Assembly (NCBI GenBank): GCA_045599365.1
Contig: JAZRVS010000183.1
Span: 8,052-72,051, forward strand
Direction: 5' to 3'
DNA from: Bacteroidales bacterium
Lineage (GTDB): Bacteria > Bacteroidota > Bacteroidia > Bacteroidales > UBA1715
DNA: 64,000 nt
This document shows, in pieces, positions 30,314 through 38,524 of the stretch (positions are counted from its first letter, which is position 1; the number at the start of each line of letters is the position of its first letter). The notes under the pieces are model-generated. The model ran no database searches and had not been told where the DNA came from. It saw only the letters and a list, made by a program, of their open reading frames with translations. The position numbers were made by a program, and so were the translations under genes.

Positions 30314-31774
30314 ATGCGAAAACAATTAGCTGTTTGCTGTGCTATTTTTATTTCCGTATTCGGGTTTGCTCAACAAGCGACCATCATAGGTTGTTCCGAG
30401 GAATATGCAAACCAAACTATTAGTGTCTATCAATATTCCGATTATCTCACAAAAACGGAAGAACTTGTCGGCACGTTTACAACCGATGCAACAGGATATT
30501 TCTCGTTTACATTTGATTGCGAAACAACTCGAGAAATTTATATGTACTTAGGTATTTACAAGGCTTTTGTATTCGTGTCTCCAAACAAAGAATACGAGCT
30601 CGCAATGCCACCATACGAAGAAAAAACGCTTGCACAAGAACTTAATCCCTATTATCAACCGACAGACATTAGCCTTGGCGTGATAAATAGTGAATCGCAA
30701 AGCGACATCAACATACTAACGCTTTCTTTCAACTCAGTGTACGAAACATTCCTGAGTGAAAAAGGTCAAGACGTTTTTATTTATCGCGATAAAGGGAAAG
30801 TTGTTGATTTTGAGAAAAACATTGATAGTTCTTTCTCTCGATACGATAACGAAGAATTTTTTAAGATTTATAAAAATTATCGTTTATATGCTCTTCGCTA
30901 TATGGCATATCAACGAGACAACATGAGTGTTACACGAAAGCATTACCTCAATCAACCTGTTTATTATTACAATCCAGCCTACATGAATTTATTCAAAATG
31001 ATGTGGAAAGATTACATTATAAACAACCATACTCGCGATATAGGTAAAAATTTAAAAGTTGACATCATTTACGGGAAAAGCCCTACAATGTTCAAAAAAA
31101 CACTTGAAAAAAATCAAGCATTTCGAAATGACACACTTAAAGAACTATTTTTATTGCAATGCTTAGACGATTGTCTTCGCGATCCAGAGGTTTTCCCTCC
31201 TGCTCCAGTGTATCAAACTCTTGATTCTTTGATAATCATGACGAATATACCAGAACATAAAAAGATTGCAGAAAACATCAAACAAAAACATACTGCCTTA
31301 GAATTTCACGATGAAGCGCCGTATTTTGAACTCTATAATCAAGATAGTGTATTATATACATTAGAAAAATTTAAAGGCAAGTATGTATATTTAAACTTTT
31401 GTCGTTCAGAGAATTATGCTTGTATAAAAGACTACAAAGTATTAAAGAAAATGAACGAAAAGACTAAACGTGACTTATATGTCGTTACTTTGAGTTACGA
31501 AAAATCGTTTGAAGATTTCCGTTCTTTTAAGAAAGCAAATCCACAATATAATTGGGCATTCCTTTACGCGGGAGACAATCCTGAAATTGGGCGACAATAT
31601 AAATTGCGAGGAATGCCAACATATATGTTGCTTGACAGGAATGGGAAAATAGAACTTATTTCAGCACCAACGCCATCCGACAATTTTCAGCAAACATTTG
31701 CAGACATTGTACTGAAGGAAAAACGCAATCAAGCAGCGAAGAAACGTCGTGATACAAAAATCCGAACGTGGTAA
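30314..31774 (+). CDS. Secreted protein with a C-terminal TlpA/thioredoxin-like domain lacking a canonical CXXC
   Basis: Starting at 30314 gives a signal peptide, MRKQLAVCCAIFISVFGFAQQ. The C-terminal stretch FKGKYVYLNFCRSENYACI...GMPTYMLLDRNGKI matches the TlpA/ResA pattern, but the WCxxC motif is replaced. Confidence 0.6.
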   Translation: MRKQLAVCCAIFISVFGFAQQATIIGCSEEYANQTISVYQYSDYLTKTEELVGTFTTDATGYFSFTFDCETTREIYMYLGIYKAFVFVSPNKEYELAMPPYEEKTLAQELNPYYQPTDISLGVINSESQSDINILTLSFNSVYETFLSEKGQDVFIYRDKGKVVDFEKNIDSSFSRYDNEEFFKIYKNYRLYALRYMAYQRDNMSVTRKHYLNQPVYYYNPAYMNLFKMMWKDYIINNHTRDIGKNLKVDIIYGKSPTMFKKTLEKNQAFRNDTLKELFLLQCLDDCLRDPEVFPPAPVYQTLDSLIIMTNIPEHKKIAENIKQKHTALEFHDEAPYFELYNQDSVLYTLEKFKGKYVYLNFCRSENYACIKDYKVLKKMNEKTKRDLYVVTLSYEKSFEDFRSFKKANPQYNWAFLYAGDNPEIGRQYKLRGMPTYMLLDRNGKIELISAPTPSDNFQQTFADIVLKEKRNQAAKKRRDTKIRTW

Positions 31775-31835
31775 CTCAAAAAAATAGAGCCACGAACAAT
31801 CGCAACTCTATTTTTATACTCTTACACTAAAATCG

Positions 31836-32747
31836 CTACAATTTAAATTCTGTCAATTCTTTGAATTTTAGAATACGATTTTTTATATCCGATGCCGATA
31901 GATTTTCTAACGCTTCAGTTCCCATTTTTTCAACTGTAAACGAAGCCATAGCCGAAGCTACAATTACAGCTGTTTTCATTGTTTCAAAATCGGTGTTGTC
32001 TTGTTGAGCAATATATCCAATAAATGCACCAGCAAACGTGTCACCTGCTCCTGTTGGATCAATTACTTCATCAAGAGGTAGAGCAGGTGCAATAAATACT
32101 TTGTCCTTATCAAATAACATTGCTCCGTGTTCACCTTTCTTTATTATAACATATCGAGGACCCATAGCACAAATTTTACGAGCAGCCTTAGGCAAACAAC
32201 GTTCACCAGACAATTGTTGTGCTTCTTCATCATTGATAATGATAATATCAACCATTTTCAATGTAGTTTTCAATTCATCAAGCATAATATCCATCCAAAA
32301 ATTCATAGTATCAAGAGCTACGAATTTTGGTTTATGATGCAATTGTTCTAAAATACTTCTTTGCAATATAGGGCTACCATTGCCCAACATTACATATTCG
32401 GTGTCCTTATATGATTCTGGAAGAATAGGTTTAAAATTTTCAACCACGTTCAATTCTGTCACCAACGTCTCACGTTGATTCATATTATCAAAATAGCGAC
32501 AAGCCCAAAACATTGATTTTTCATCTTGTTTTACGAGCATACCATCGGTATCTATACCTTTATCCTGGAGTTTTTTGATGTAATCTTGAGGAAAATCATA
32601 ACCTACAGCAGAGATAGTTTGTGGTTTTACGAAATAAGAAGCCGAAAAACAACTATAAGTTCCTGATCCTCCGAGGATTTTGTCAGTTTTTGCATACGGA
32701 GTTTCGATAGCATCGAAAGCAATTGTTCCAAAAATTATTGCACTCAT
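31836..32747 (-). CDS. PfkB-family carbohydrate/nucleoside kinase
   Basis: DPTGAGDTFAGAF (PfkB signature 2) and an N-terminal GG dipeptide region. 303 aa. Confidence 0.8.
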   Translation of the reverse strand: MSAIIFGTIAFDAIETPYAKTDKILGGSGTYSCFSASYFVKPQTISAVGYDFPQDYIKKLQDKGIDTDGMLVKQDEKSMFWACRYFDNMNQRETLVTELNVVENFKPILPESYKDTEYVMLGNGSPILQRSILEQLHHKPKFVALDTMNFWMDIMLDELKTTLKMVDIIIINDEEAQQLSGERCLPKAARKICAMGPRYVIIKKGEHGAMLFDKDKVFIAPALPLDEVIDPTGAGDTFAGAFIGYIAQQDNTDFETMKTAVIVASAMASFTVEKMGTEALENLSASDIKNRILKFKELTEFKL

Positions 32748-32791
32748 GTTTATTTTTTTTGCAAAGTTATTTTTTTATTCAAAATAACTCT

Positions 32792-32799
32792 TATATTTG
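32792..32799 (+). promoter_or_regulatory. Bacteroidota -7 box for tRNA-Asn
   Basis: TATATTTG lies 24 nt upstream of the mature tRNA 5' end. Confidence 0.5.
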
Positions 32800-32823
32800 C
32801 ACTGCTTTTTCGGAAGCAAACAT

Positions 32824-32897
32824 TCCCAAATAGCTCAGTTGGTTAGAGCATCTGACTGTTAATCAGAGGGTCACTGGTTCAAGTCCAGTTTTGGGAG
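32824..32897 (+). tRNA. tRNA-Asn (GTT)
   Basis: Acceptor stem TCCCAAA/TTTGGGA, D-arm GCTCAGTTGGTTAGAGC, anticodon loop CTGTTAA, T-arm ACTGGTTCAAGTCCAGT. CCA is not encoded. Confidence 0.9.
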
Positions 32898-32900
32898 CAA

Positions 32901-32934
32901 AAAAAGCACTTACAAATTGTAAGTGCTTTTTTTG
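32901..32934 (+). terminator. Rho-independent terminator after tRNA-Asn
   Basis: Stem aaaaagcacttaca / tgtaagtgcttttt, followed by a T-run. Confidence 0.75.
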
Positions 32935-32968
32935 TAATGTAATAATGAGTTTTTTGCGTAACACACGT

Positions 32969-33406
32969 TTATCCTACACGTAATCCATTCAATTTCTTCC
33001 ACTCATTTATAAATGGAGGCATTGTCCACATAAGGTTCATATTTGTATCAAGAAAAACTTGTATTGTATGACCTGTAGCACACAAATCGTTTGTTTCGGT
33101 ATTATATATTTCGTAGTCAAATTCCAATTTTGCCACATCAGAATTGTGGTATTTAATTACAATTTTTGCTTTATCCTGATATTTTAATGGTTTGCGATAA
33201 TTCACTTTGAGTTCTACTAACGGAGCATAAAATCCGAATTCGTACATTCTCATGTATTCTAAATGGTATTTTCTACCAAATTCTTCACGAGCATCTTCAA
33301 AATATAATGCGTATGAACCATGCCATACAATTTGCATTGCATCGACTTCACTAAAACGAATATCGAAATACTTTTCGGCAGTTAAAACTTGTGTTTCTTC
33401 CATCAT
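32969..33406 (-). CDS. Acyl-CoA thioesterase, hotdog fold (4HBT/YbgC-like)
   Basis: 145 aa. The N-terminal pattern IRFSEVDAMQIVWHGSY is typical of the 4HBT family. Confidence 0.7.
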   Translation of the reverse strand: MMEETQVLTAEKYFDIRFSEVDAMQIVWHGSYALYFEDAREEFGRKYHLEYMRMYEFGFYAPLVELKVNYRKPLKYQDKAKIVIKYHNSDVAKLEFDYEIYNTETNDLCATGHTIQVFLDTNMNLMWTMPPFINEWKKLNGLRVG

Positions 33407-33843
33407 TATCTACTCTCTTGATCAGTTAAAGCAACTTTTATTTCACATTCGGCAATCAAAACTCCACTAGTTTCAATTTTTGCATTCAAAAGTGTCATAT
33501 TCATCATACCACTAAAAGTTTCTTCCACTGTAGTAGTAAGTTTCTCTCCTATATGAGGATACGAATGTATGACAAGATTTTTTATAGAACCAATCACGCC
33601 AATTTTTACGGTTTGTGATTCTAAAAATTTATTGATGTAACCAATTCTGGCAGCACAGGTTTGCGCCATATTTTCAACAATTCCTCCAGCGGACAAACAC
33701 TCGTTATCGCCCAACATAACATTATCCTTGGTAATAAGGAACTGCGAAACTGCTATTTTTCCTTCAAATGAAACAAGTTCGTCAACCATATTGAATGGTG
33801 GGCGCTGGGGGATTAATTCTTGTGCTTGTATTGGAAAATTCAT
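33406..33843 (-). CDS. FabA/FabZ-like hotdog dehydratase-family protein
   Basis: Starting at 33843 gives MNFPIQAQELIPQRPPFNMVDEL, which matches the LPHRxPFLxVD-type N-terminus of FabZ-like proteins. There is a 1-nt overlap with the downstream thioesterase. Confidence 0.6.
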   Translation of the reverse strand: MNFPIQAQELIPQRPPFNMVDELVSFEGKIAVSQFLITKDNVMLGDNECLSAGGIVENMAQTCAARIGYINKFLESQTVKIGVIGSIKNLVIHSYPHIGEKLTTTVEETFSGMMNMTLLNAKIETSGVLIAECEIKVALTDQESR

Positions 33844-34009
33844 AGAAACTATTTTTACAAAAATAAAAATTTTAGGAATTGAAATCCCTCTTGAAATCAA
33901 AATATATACCAACAATCAAATGTGTAAATTAGTTCCACGTAGTATTATTTCTACCCTCAAAATGGACAAATAAAATTTTCTCAGTATATTTGAAAGAAAA
34001 AATAACAAT

Positions 34010-34711
34010 ATGAAAAAGATAGTTGTCTTAACTGGTGCAGGAATTAGTGTTGAATCGGGAATAAAAGCATTTCGTTCCGAAGATGGATTGTGGGAAAACC
34101 ATCGAGTAGAAGATGTTGCGACTCATAGTGCGTGGTATCGAAATCCGCAACTTATTCTTGACTTTTATAATACGATGCGAGCCCAATTAGCAAGCAAAGA
34201 ACCAAATGCAGCACACATTTGTCTTGCTGAAATGGAAAAACAATACGACATTTCTATTGTAACTCAAAATGTTGACAATTTGCATGAAAGAGCTGGAAGT
34301 ACAAAAATTATACATCTCCACGGAGAACTAACAAAGGCTTGTAGCTCAAGAGATGAAGCAGACTCACGCACCTTTGTAGAAATTGGATATAATCCAATAA
34401 AAATGGGAGATAAAGCAAGCGATGGCTCGCAATTACGACCACAAATCGTGTTCTTTGAAGAAGCCGTTCCCAATATTGAACCTGCAGCAAAGTTGACGCA
34501 ACAAGCCGACATTCTCATTATTATCGGTACTTCTATGCAAGTATATCCAGCTGCAGGACTTATTAGTTATGCTCAACCAAACATTCCTATTTACTTTATT
34601 GATCCAATGCCTCGCGTTTCTCCAAGACCCAACCTGACAGTGATTGCAGAAAAGGCTTCAATAGGTGTTGCAAAAGCATTTGAAATGATAGAAGAAAGAG
34701 ATGAGAATTAA
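34010..34711 (+). CDS. cobB: NAD-dependent protein deacylase, Sir2 family
   Basis: GAGISVESGIKAFRS, QNVDNLHERAG, and IIGTS...VYPAA motifs. 233 aa. Confidence 0.85.
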   Translation: MKKIVVLTGAGISVESGIKAFRSEDGLWENHRVEDVATHSAWYRNPQLILDFYNTMRAQLASKEPNAAHICLAEMEKQYDISIVTQNVDNLHERAGSTKIIHLHGELTKACSSRDEADSRTFVEIGYNPIKMGDKASDGSQLRPQIVFFEEAVPNIEPAAKLTQQADILIIIGTSMQVYPAAGLISYAQPNIPIYFIDPMPRVSPRPNLTVIAEKASIGVAKAFEMIEERDEN

Positions 34712-34775
34712 GAGATATGAGGTGTGTAGGGCGGTTTTGCAAACTGCACATATTACCATTTCGGATATTGATTCA

Positions 34776-34811
34776 AATAAAAAAGGTTGAAAATCAATGA
34801 CTTTCAACCTT
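34776..34811 (-). terminator. Rho-independent terminator after tRNA-Leu
   Basis: Perfect 10-bp stem aaggttgaaa / tttcaacctt. On the minus strand it is followed by ttttttatttg. Confidence 0.7.
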
Positions 34812-34813
34812 AG

Positions 34814-34897
34814 TACCAAAGGCGGGAATCGAACCCGCACGATATTGCTATCACTGGATTTTGAGTCCAGCGCGTCTACCAATTCCGCCACTTTGGC
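34814..34897 (-). tRNA. tRNA-Leu (CAA)
   Basis: The reverse complement reads GCCAAAGTGGCGGAATTGGTAGACGC...CTGGACTCAAAATCCAG...long variable arm...GCGGGTTCGATTCCCGCCTTTGGTA. The anticodon loop is CTCAAAA. Confidence 0.9.
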
Positions 34898-34908
34898 ATT
34901 TGGTGGTG

Positions 34909-34916
34909 CAAATGTA
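34909..34916 (-). promoter_or_regulatory. Bacteroidota -7 box for tRNA-Leu
   Basis: The minus strand reads TACATTTG 11 nt upstream of the tRNA 5' end. Confidence 0.5.
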
Positions 34917-35144
34917 AACAAAACTTTCATTTCTCATAGCGATATTAACTTTTTTTTCAAAATAATTCATAATCAATTTTCAGAACCCCCAAAATATCCA
35001 TAAGGTGACAATATGCAAGTTGATAGTAAAATTGATGGCAGTAAGCTATTTTGTATTTTGTTACACACCCAAGACTACGTCCTAGGTTACTTACCTATTA
35101 CCTTTTCAGGCAATTAATTAGGAGAAACACAATTCATTTCTTAA

Positions 35145-35228
35145 TTCTCATCTCTCATCTCTTATTTCTTATCTCTTATCTCTTATCTCTTATTTCTTAT
35201 CTCTTATCTCTTATTTCTTATCTCTTAA
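35145..35228 (+). repeat. Tandem heptanucleotide repeat, 12 units of (C/T)TCT(T/C)AT
   Basis: Counted directly, the units are ttctcat, ctctcat, ctcttat, ttcttat, ctcttat x3, ttcttat, ctcttat x2, ttcttat and ctcttaa, giving 84 bp. Confidence 0.95.
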
Positions 35229-35252
35229 TAGTGTTATTTTTCACGAAGTCAA

Positions 35253-35260
35253 TATATTTG
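35253..35260 (+). promoter_or_regulatory. Bacteroidota -7 box for the GH8 gene
   Basis: TATATTTG lies 19 nt upstream of the ATG at 35280 and 24 nt downstream of the end of the heptamer array. Confidence 0.45.
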
Positions 35261-35279
35261 TGAAAATTAACAAAACAAA

Positions 35280-36914
35280 ATGAAAAGCAAATATTTCAAT
35301 TTCGTATATGTATGCATTTTTGTATTCAGTTCTTTCTTTTTGTCTGCCCAATCCATAACGTATGGTAGTGGATATTCTGGTCCAATATGTGGCGATGATG
35401 ATGGCTCTGGAGCCTACTACACAGGCGAATATCGGAATTTATTTGTAGAAATACTTGGAAAATCTGAAGCCTCAGTACAGTCAAAAATAGACAAAGCTTG
35501 GAAACATTTTTTTACACCAGGAAAGTCAACTGCTGTATATTGCGAAGTTGGTGACGATATGGCATATATTCACGATGTAGGTAACAATGATGTACGTACA
35601 GAAGGGCAATCGTATGGTATGATGATTTGTGTACAACTCGACCATCAAACGGAATTTGATAAAATATGGCGATGGACAAAAAAATATATGCAACATTCTG
35701 GGAATGAATGGGATGGTTATTTCGCTTGGCAATGCAAAACAGATGGGACAATAATAGATTATGGTTGCGCTCCCGATGGAGAAGAATATTTCATTACAGC
35801 TCTTTTACTCGCATCAAATAGATGGGGCAACGATGGTGATATTGATTACAATGCTGAAGCTCAAAATATTCTTGAAAAAATAATGAACAAAACGGGAGTG
35901 AAAGGCGTACACAATATGTACGATGCAGAAAACCACATGGTTGTTTTCTCCCCTTTGTACGACAATGTAAAATTTAGCGATCCATCATATTGCTTACCCA
36001 GTTTTTTGGAATTATGGGCTCGTTGGTCGGAAACGAATAACGAATTTTGGGCTGAAGCAGCAACGGCAGCAAGAACATTACTACAAAAATCCTCTCATGA
36101 AACCACGGGACTATTCCCCGATTATAGTCAATTTGACGGAACGCCATATAAACCAAGTTGGCAATCGTACGATACAAAACAATTTAAATTCGATGCCGCT
36201 CGCTGTGCTTTGAATGTGGGAATGGACTACAACTGGTTCCGAAGTGATAGTGCTAATCAAGTAGCAATGATGTCTCGTCTTTTGACGTTTATGAACGATG
36301 ATGGTTTTCTTCACGGATATTTTGATTGGGACGGAGGAAATCCTGACGGACCATACAACGAAGCATTGTCGGGCGCAAATGGCGTTGGTTGTTTTGCTGT
36401 GAATGACACAGTTTTAGCGAAAAAAATTTTATCGAAAATGTGGTCAACACCTTTACCAACAGGACAATGGAGATACTTTAATGGTATGGTTTATTTTCTA
36501 TCTCTCCTAAATGTTTCAGGTAATTTTAGAGTGTATAAACCTATTACTGAAATGATAGATACAACTGTAATTAACTCGTTCAACGGAATTACATACGATA
36601 AGTCTGTTACTTTTTCTACAAATATTGGTTGCAAAATTTATCGTGTACACGTAATAGTTGACAATCCCGATAGCATTGAACCAGTAATTGATTATGGATT
36701 AAAATTGTATCCAAATCCAGCAAATGACAAAGTAACAATAGAATCTGAGAAAGAAATCTCATCGTTGGAATTGCTTGATATTGAAGGGAAATTACTTTCA
36801 ACAGCAATAAAATCTTGCGAATTATCCGTAACAGGATTAGCAAAAGGATTGTACTTTGTGAAAGTCAATTTTATGGACAACAACTATTCAACACTTAGCT
36901 TAACAATAAACTAA
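35280..36914 (+). CDS. Glycoside hydrolase family 8 enzyme with a T9SS type A C-terminal sorting domain
   Basis: Signal peptide. The TEGQSYGMM catalytic-Glu motif and the APDGEEYFITALLLASNRW region are typical of GH8. The C-terminus LKLYPNPANDKVTIE...GLYFVKVNF...LTIN is a Por CTD. Confidence 0.75.
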   Translation: MKSKYFNFVYVCIFVFSSFFLSAQSITYGSGYSGPICGDDDGSGAYYTGEYRNLFVEILGKSEASVQSKIDKAWKHFFTPGKSTAVYCEVGDDMAYIHDVGNNDVRTEGQSYGMMICVQLDHQTEFDKIWRWTKKYMQHSGNEWDGYFAWQCKTDGTIIDYGCAPDGEEYFITALLLASNRWGNDGDIDYNAEAQNILEKIMNKTGVKGVHNMYDAENHMVVFSPLYDNVKFSDPSYCLPSFLELWARWSETNNEFWAEAATAARTLLQKSSHETTGLFPDYSQFDGTPYKPSWQSYDTKQFKFDAARCALNVGMDYNWFRSDSANQVAMMSRLLTFMNDDGFLHGYFDWDGGNPDGPYNEALSGANGVGCFAVNDTVLAKKILSKMWSTPLPTGQWRYFNGMVYFLSLLNVSGNFRVYKPITEMIDTTVINSFNGITYDKSVTFSTNIGCKIYRVHVIVDNPDSIEPVIDYGLKLYPNPANDKVTIESEKEISSLELLDIEGKLLSTAIKSCELSVTGLAKGLYFVKVNFMDNNYSTLSLTIN

Positions 36915-36920
36915 AAAACA

Positions 36921-37427
36921 ATGAAAAGAATATTTAAACTATTTATTTGTTTACTTCCATTCGCAATGCAAGGATGTACATCAAACAAAACAACTAATCC
37001 TCGTGAGTATAAGTCAGAAAATATTGAAAACATGAAAGAAGTATATGAATTTGTAAAATCGTGTGGATATTATTTTATTGCCACAGTTGATGGCGACCAA
37101 CCAAGAGTAAGACCTTTTGGTACTGTAAATATCTTTGAAGACAAGTTGTACATACAAACAGGACACGTAAAAAGAACAGCTCAACAAATAGAAAAGAATC
37201 CAAAAATTGAAATTTGTGCTTACAATGGAACCACCGAATGGATGCGCATAGAAGCGACATTGGTAGAAGACGAACGTGTTGAAGCAAAACGAGCAATGTT
37301 AGACGCATACCCATCTCTCAAAAAAATGTACGATGCAGAAGACAATAATACCGCTGTCTATTTCTTAACAAAAGCTACCGCATACAAAAGTTCGTTTAGT
37401 GAACCAGAGAAAGTGTTGAAGTTTTAG
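36921..37427 (+). CDS. Pyridoxamine 5'-phosphate oxidase-like (FMN-binding split barrel) protein with a lipoprotein signal
   Basis: Lipobox FAMQGC, then YYFIATVDGDQPRVRPFG...NPKIEI, typical of the PNPOx-like family. Confidence 0.6.
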   Translation: MKRIFKLFICLLPFAMQGCTSNKTTNPREYKSENIENMKEVYEFVKSCGYYFIATVDGDQPRVRPFGTVNIFEDKLYIQTGHVKRTAQQIEKNPKIEICAYNGTTEWMRIEATLVEDERVEAKRAMLDAYPSLKKMYDAEDNNTAVYFLTKATAYKSSFSEPEKVLKF

Positions 37428-37451
37428 ATTGAGATTATATTCAAATAAGAA

Positions 37452-37673
37452 TTGCGTGAGATAATAGAAACGGAAAATATAAAAGAAGAAGAAACACGGA
37501 AATTCATAGCCGATAGTTTCGACAATGGTTCTGTAAAAGTAACAGGTACCGATGTGGCAAAAATCTTGCCACCTATATCACGCTTTGGCAAAAAAGGTTC
37601 TCACGATGAGAAACGAAAAACCGTTCTTGAAAAACTTTTGAATTTCTTCGATACATTCTTTGGAATGGTGTAA
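37452..37673 (+). pseudogene. Relic C-terminal fragment of a type I restriction enzyme R subunit (HsdR, EcoR124-type C-terminus)
   Basis: 73 codons, with ...ETRKFIADSFDNGSVKVTGTDVAKILPPISRFGKKGSHDEKRKTVLEKLLNFFDTFFGMV matching the conserved extreme C-terminus of HsdR proteins. There is an in-frame stop just upstream and no helicase or nuclease domains. Confidence 0.55.
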
Positions 37674-37767
37674 ATAAATTCCGTACTCGCTTTTTTGTCA
37701 TTGTATGCAGATAGGAAATAGTGATTTTCTTTTCATTGTATGCATCAATCACGGAGGTTTTCAAAAA

Positions 37768-37809
37768 TAAAAAAAGCAATTTATTGAATCTCAACAAATT
37801 GCTTTTTTG
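37768..37809. terminator. Bidirectional terminator hairpin downstream of tRNA-Gln
   Basis: Stem aaaaagcaattt / aaattgcttttt with an A-run and a T-run on either side. Confidence 0.65.
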
Positions 37810-37813
37810 AAAG

Positions 37814-37884
37814 TTGTCGTACAAGGATTCGAACCTCGACTAACTGGACCAAAACCAGTTGTGCTGCCATTACACCATACGACA
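37814..37884 (-). tRNA. tRNA-Gln (TTG)
   Basis: The reverse complement reads TGTCGTATGGTGTAATGGCAGCAC..ACTGGTTTTGGTCCAGT..GAGGTTCGAATCCTTGTACGACAA. The anticodon loop is TTTTGGT. Confidence 0.85.
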
Positions 37885-37903
37885 GTCCGCCCAAATGGGT
37901 GTA

Positions 37904-37911
37904 CAAATATA
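37904..37911 (-). promoter_or_regulatory. Bacteroidota -7 box for tRNA-Gln
   Basis: The minus strand reads TATATTTG 19 nt upstream of the tRNA 5' end. Confidence 0.5.
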
Positions 37912-38035
37912 CACTTTTTTCTTTTCGTACAACTACTTTGAAAAAAAATTTTCAGAAATATCTTTTTTAGGAATAATATGGGAACAATATAATGTTTGAA
38001 ATGCAGGCAGCAAAGGACGAAGCAACCCACTTCTG

Positions 38036-38524
38036 CTATTTTTTTATTTTCTTAAAATAATTCGTCGTTGAAAAACCATCTACAAAATCAATTGTTTTTA
38101 CTTCTCCCCCATTAGCTAATACCTCTTTTGCACCAACAATATTCTCAACAGAATAATCACTTCCCTTAACCAACACATTAGGCAAAAGTGTTGAAATAAG
38201 ATTAAGCGGTGTATCTTCTTCAAATGGAATCACCAAGTCAATATATTCAAAACTTGCAACTGTTAATGCCCTTGATTCCAATTCTTTAATTGGACGATCT
38301 GGTCCCTTCAAGCGTTTTATAGATTCATCTGTATTTAGTCCCAAAATCAATTTTGTTCCCAAATCGTGTGCTTGAGCAAGATAATAAACATGTCCTTTAT
38401 GAATTATATCAAAACAACCATTGGTAAACACTACTTTTTCGCCTTGTTGTTTCCATTCTTCAACAATGCGTTTTGCATCATTGAGTGTTACAATTTTATT
38501 GAGTATTTCGTTTAATTTATTCAT
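38036..38524 (-). CDS. rfaE2: D-glycero-beta-D-manno-heptose 1-phosphate adenylyltransferase-like cytidylyltransferase (RfaE domain II type)
   Basis: VVFTNGCFDIIHKGHVYYL nucleotidyltransferase motif. ~160 aa from the ATG at 38524. Confidence 0.7.
   Translation of the reverse strand: MNKLNEILNKIVTLNDAKRIVEEWKQQGEKVVFTNGCFDIIHKGHVYYLAQAHDLGTKLILGLNTDESIKRLKGPDRPIKELESRALTVASFEYIDLVIPFEEDTPLNLISTLLPNVLVKGSDYSVENIVGAKEVLANGGEVKTIDFVDGFSTTNYFKKIKK

Noticed and set aside
34658-34930. 90-aa minus-strand ORF
   Set aside because: It overlaps tRNA-Leu (34814..34897) and its terminator completely, so it is an ORF-caller artefact.
35145-35228. Possible CRISPR array
   Set aside because: The units are 7 bp and contiguous, with no spacers. 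No cas genes are present in the window.
35051-35263. 70-aa ORF with the repetitive sequence LISHLLFLISYLLSLISYLLSLISYLL
   Set aside because: It is simply the translation of the heptanucleotide tandem repeat. It has no plausible start context and lies in a promoter region.
37791-38030. 79-aa minus-strand ORF
   Set aside because: It overlaps tRNA-Gln (37814..37884) and its promoter, so it is an artefact.
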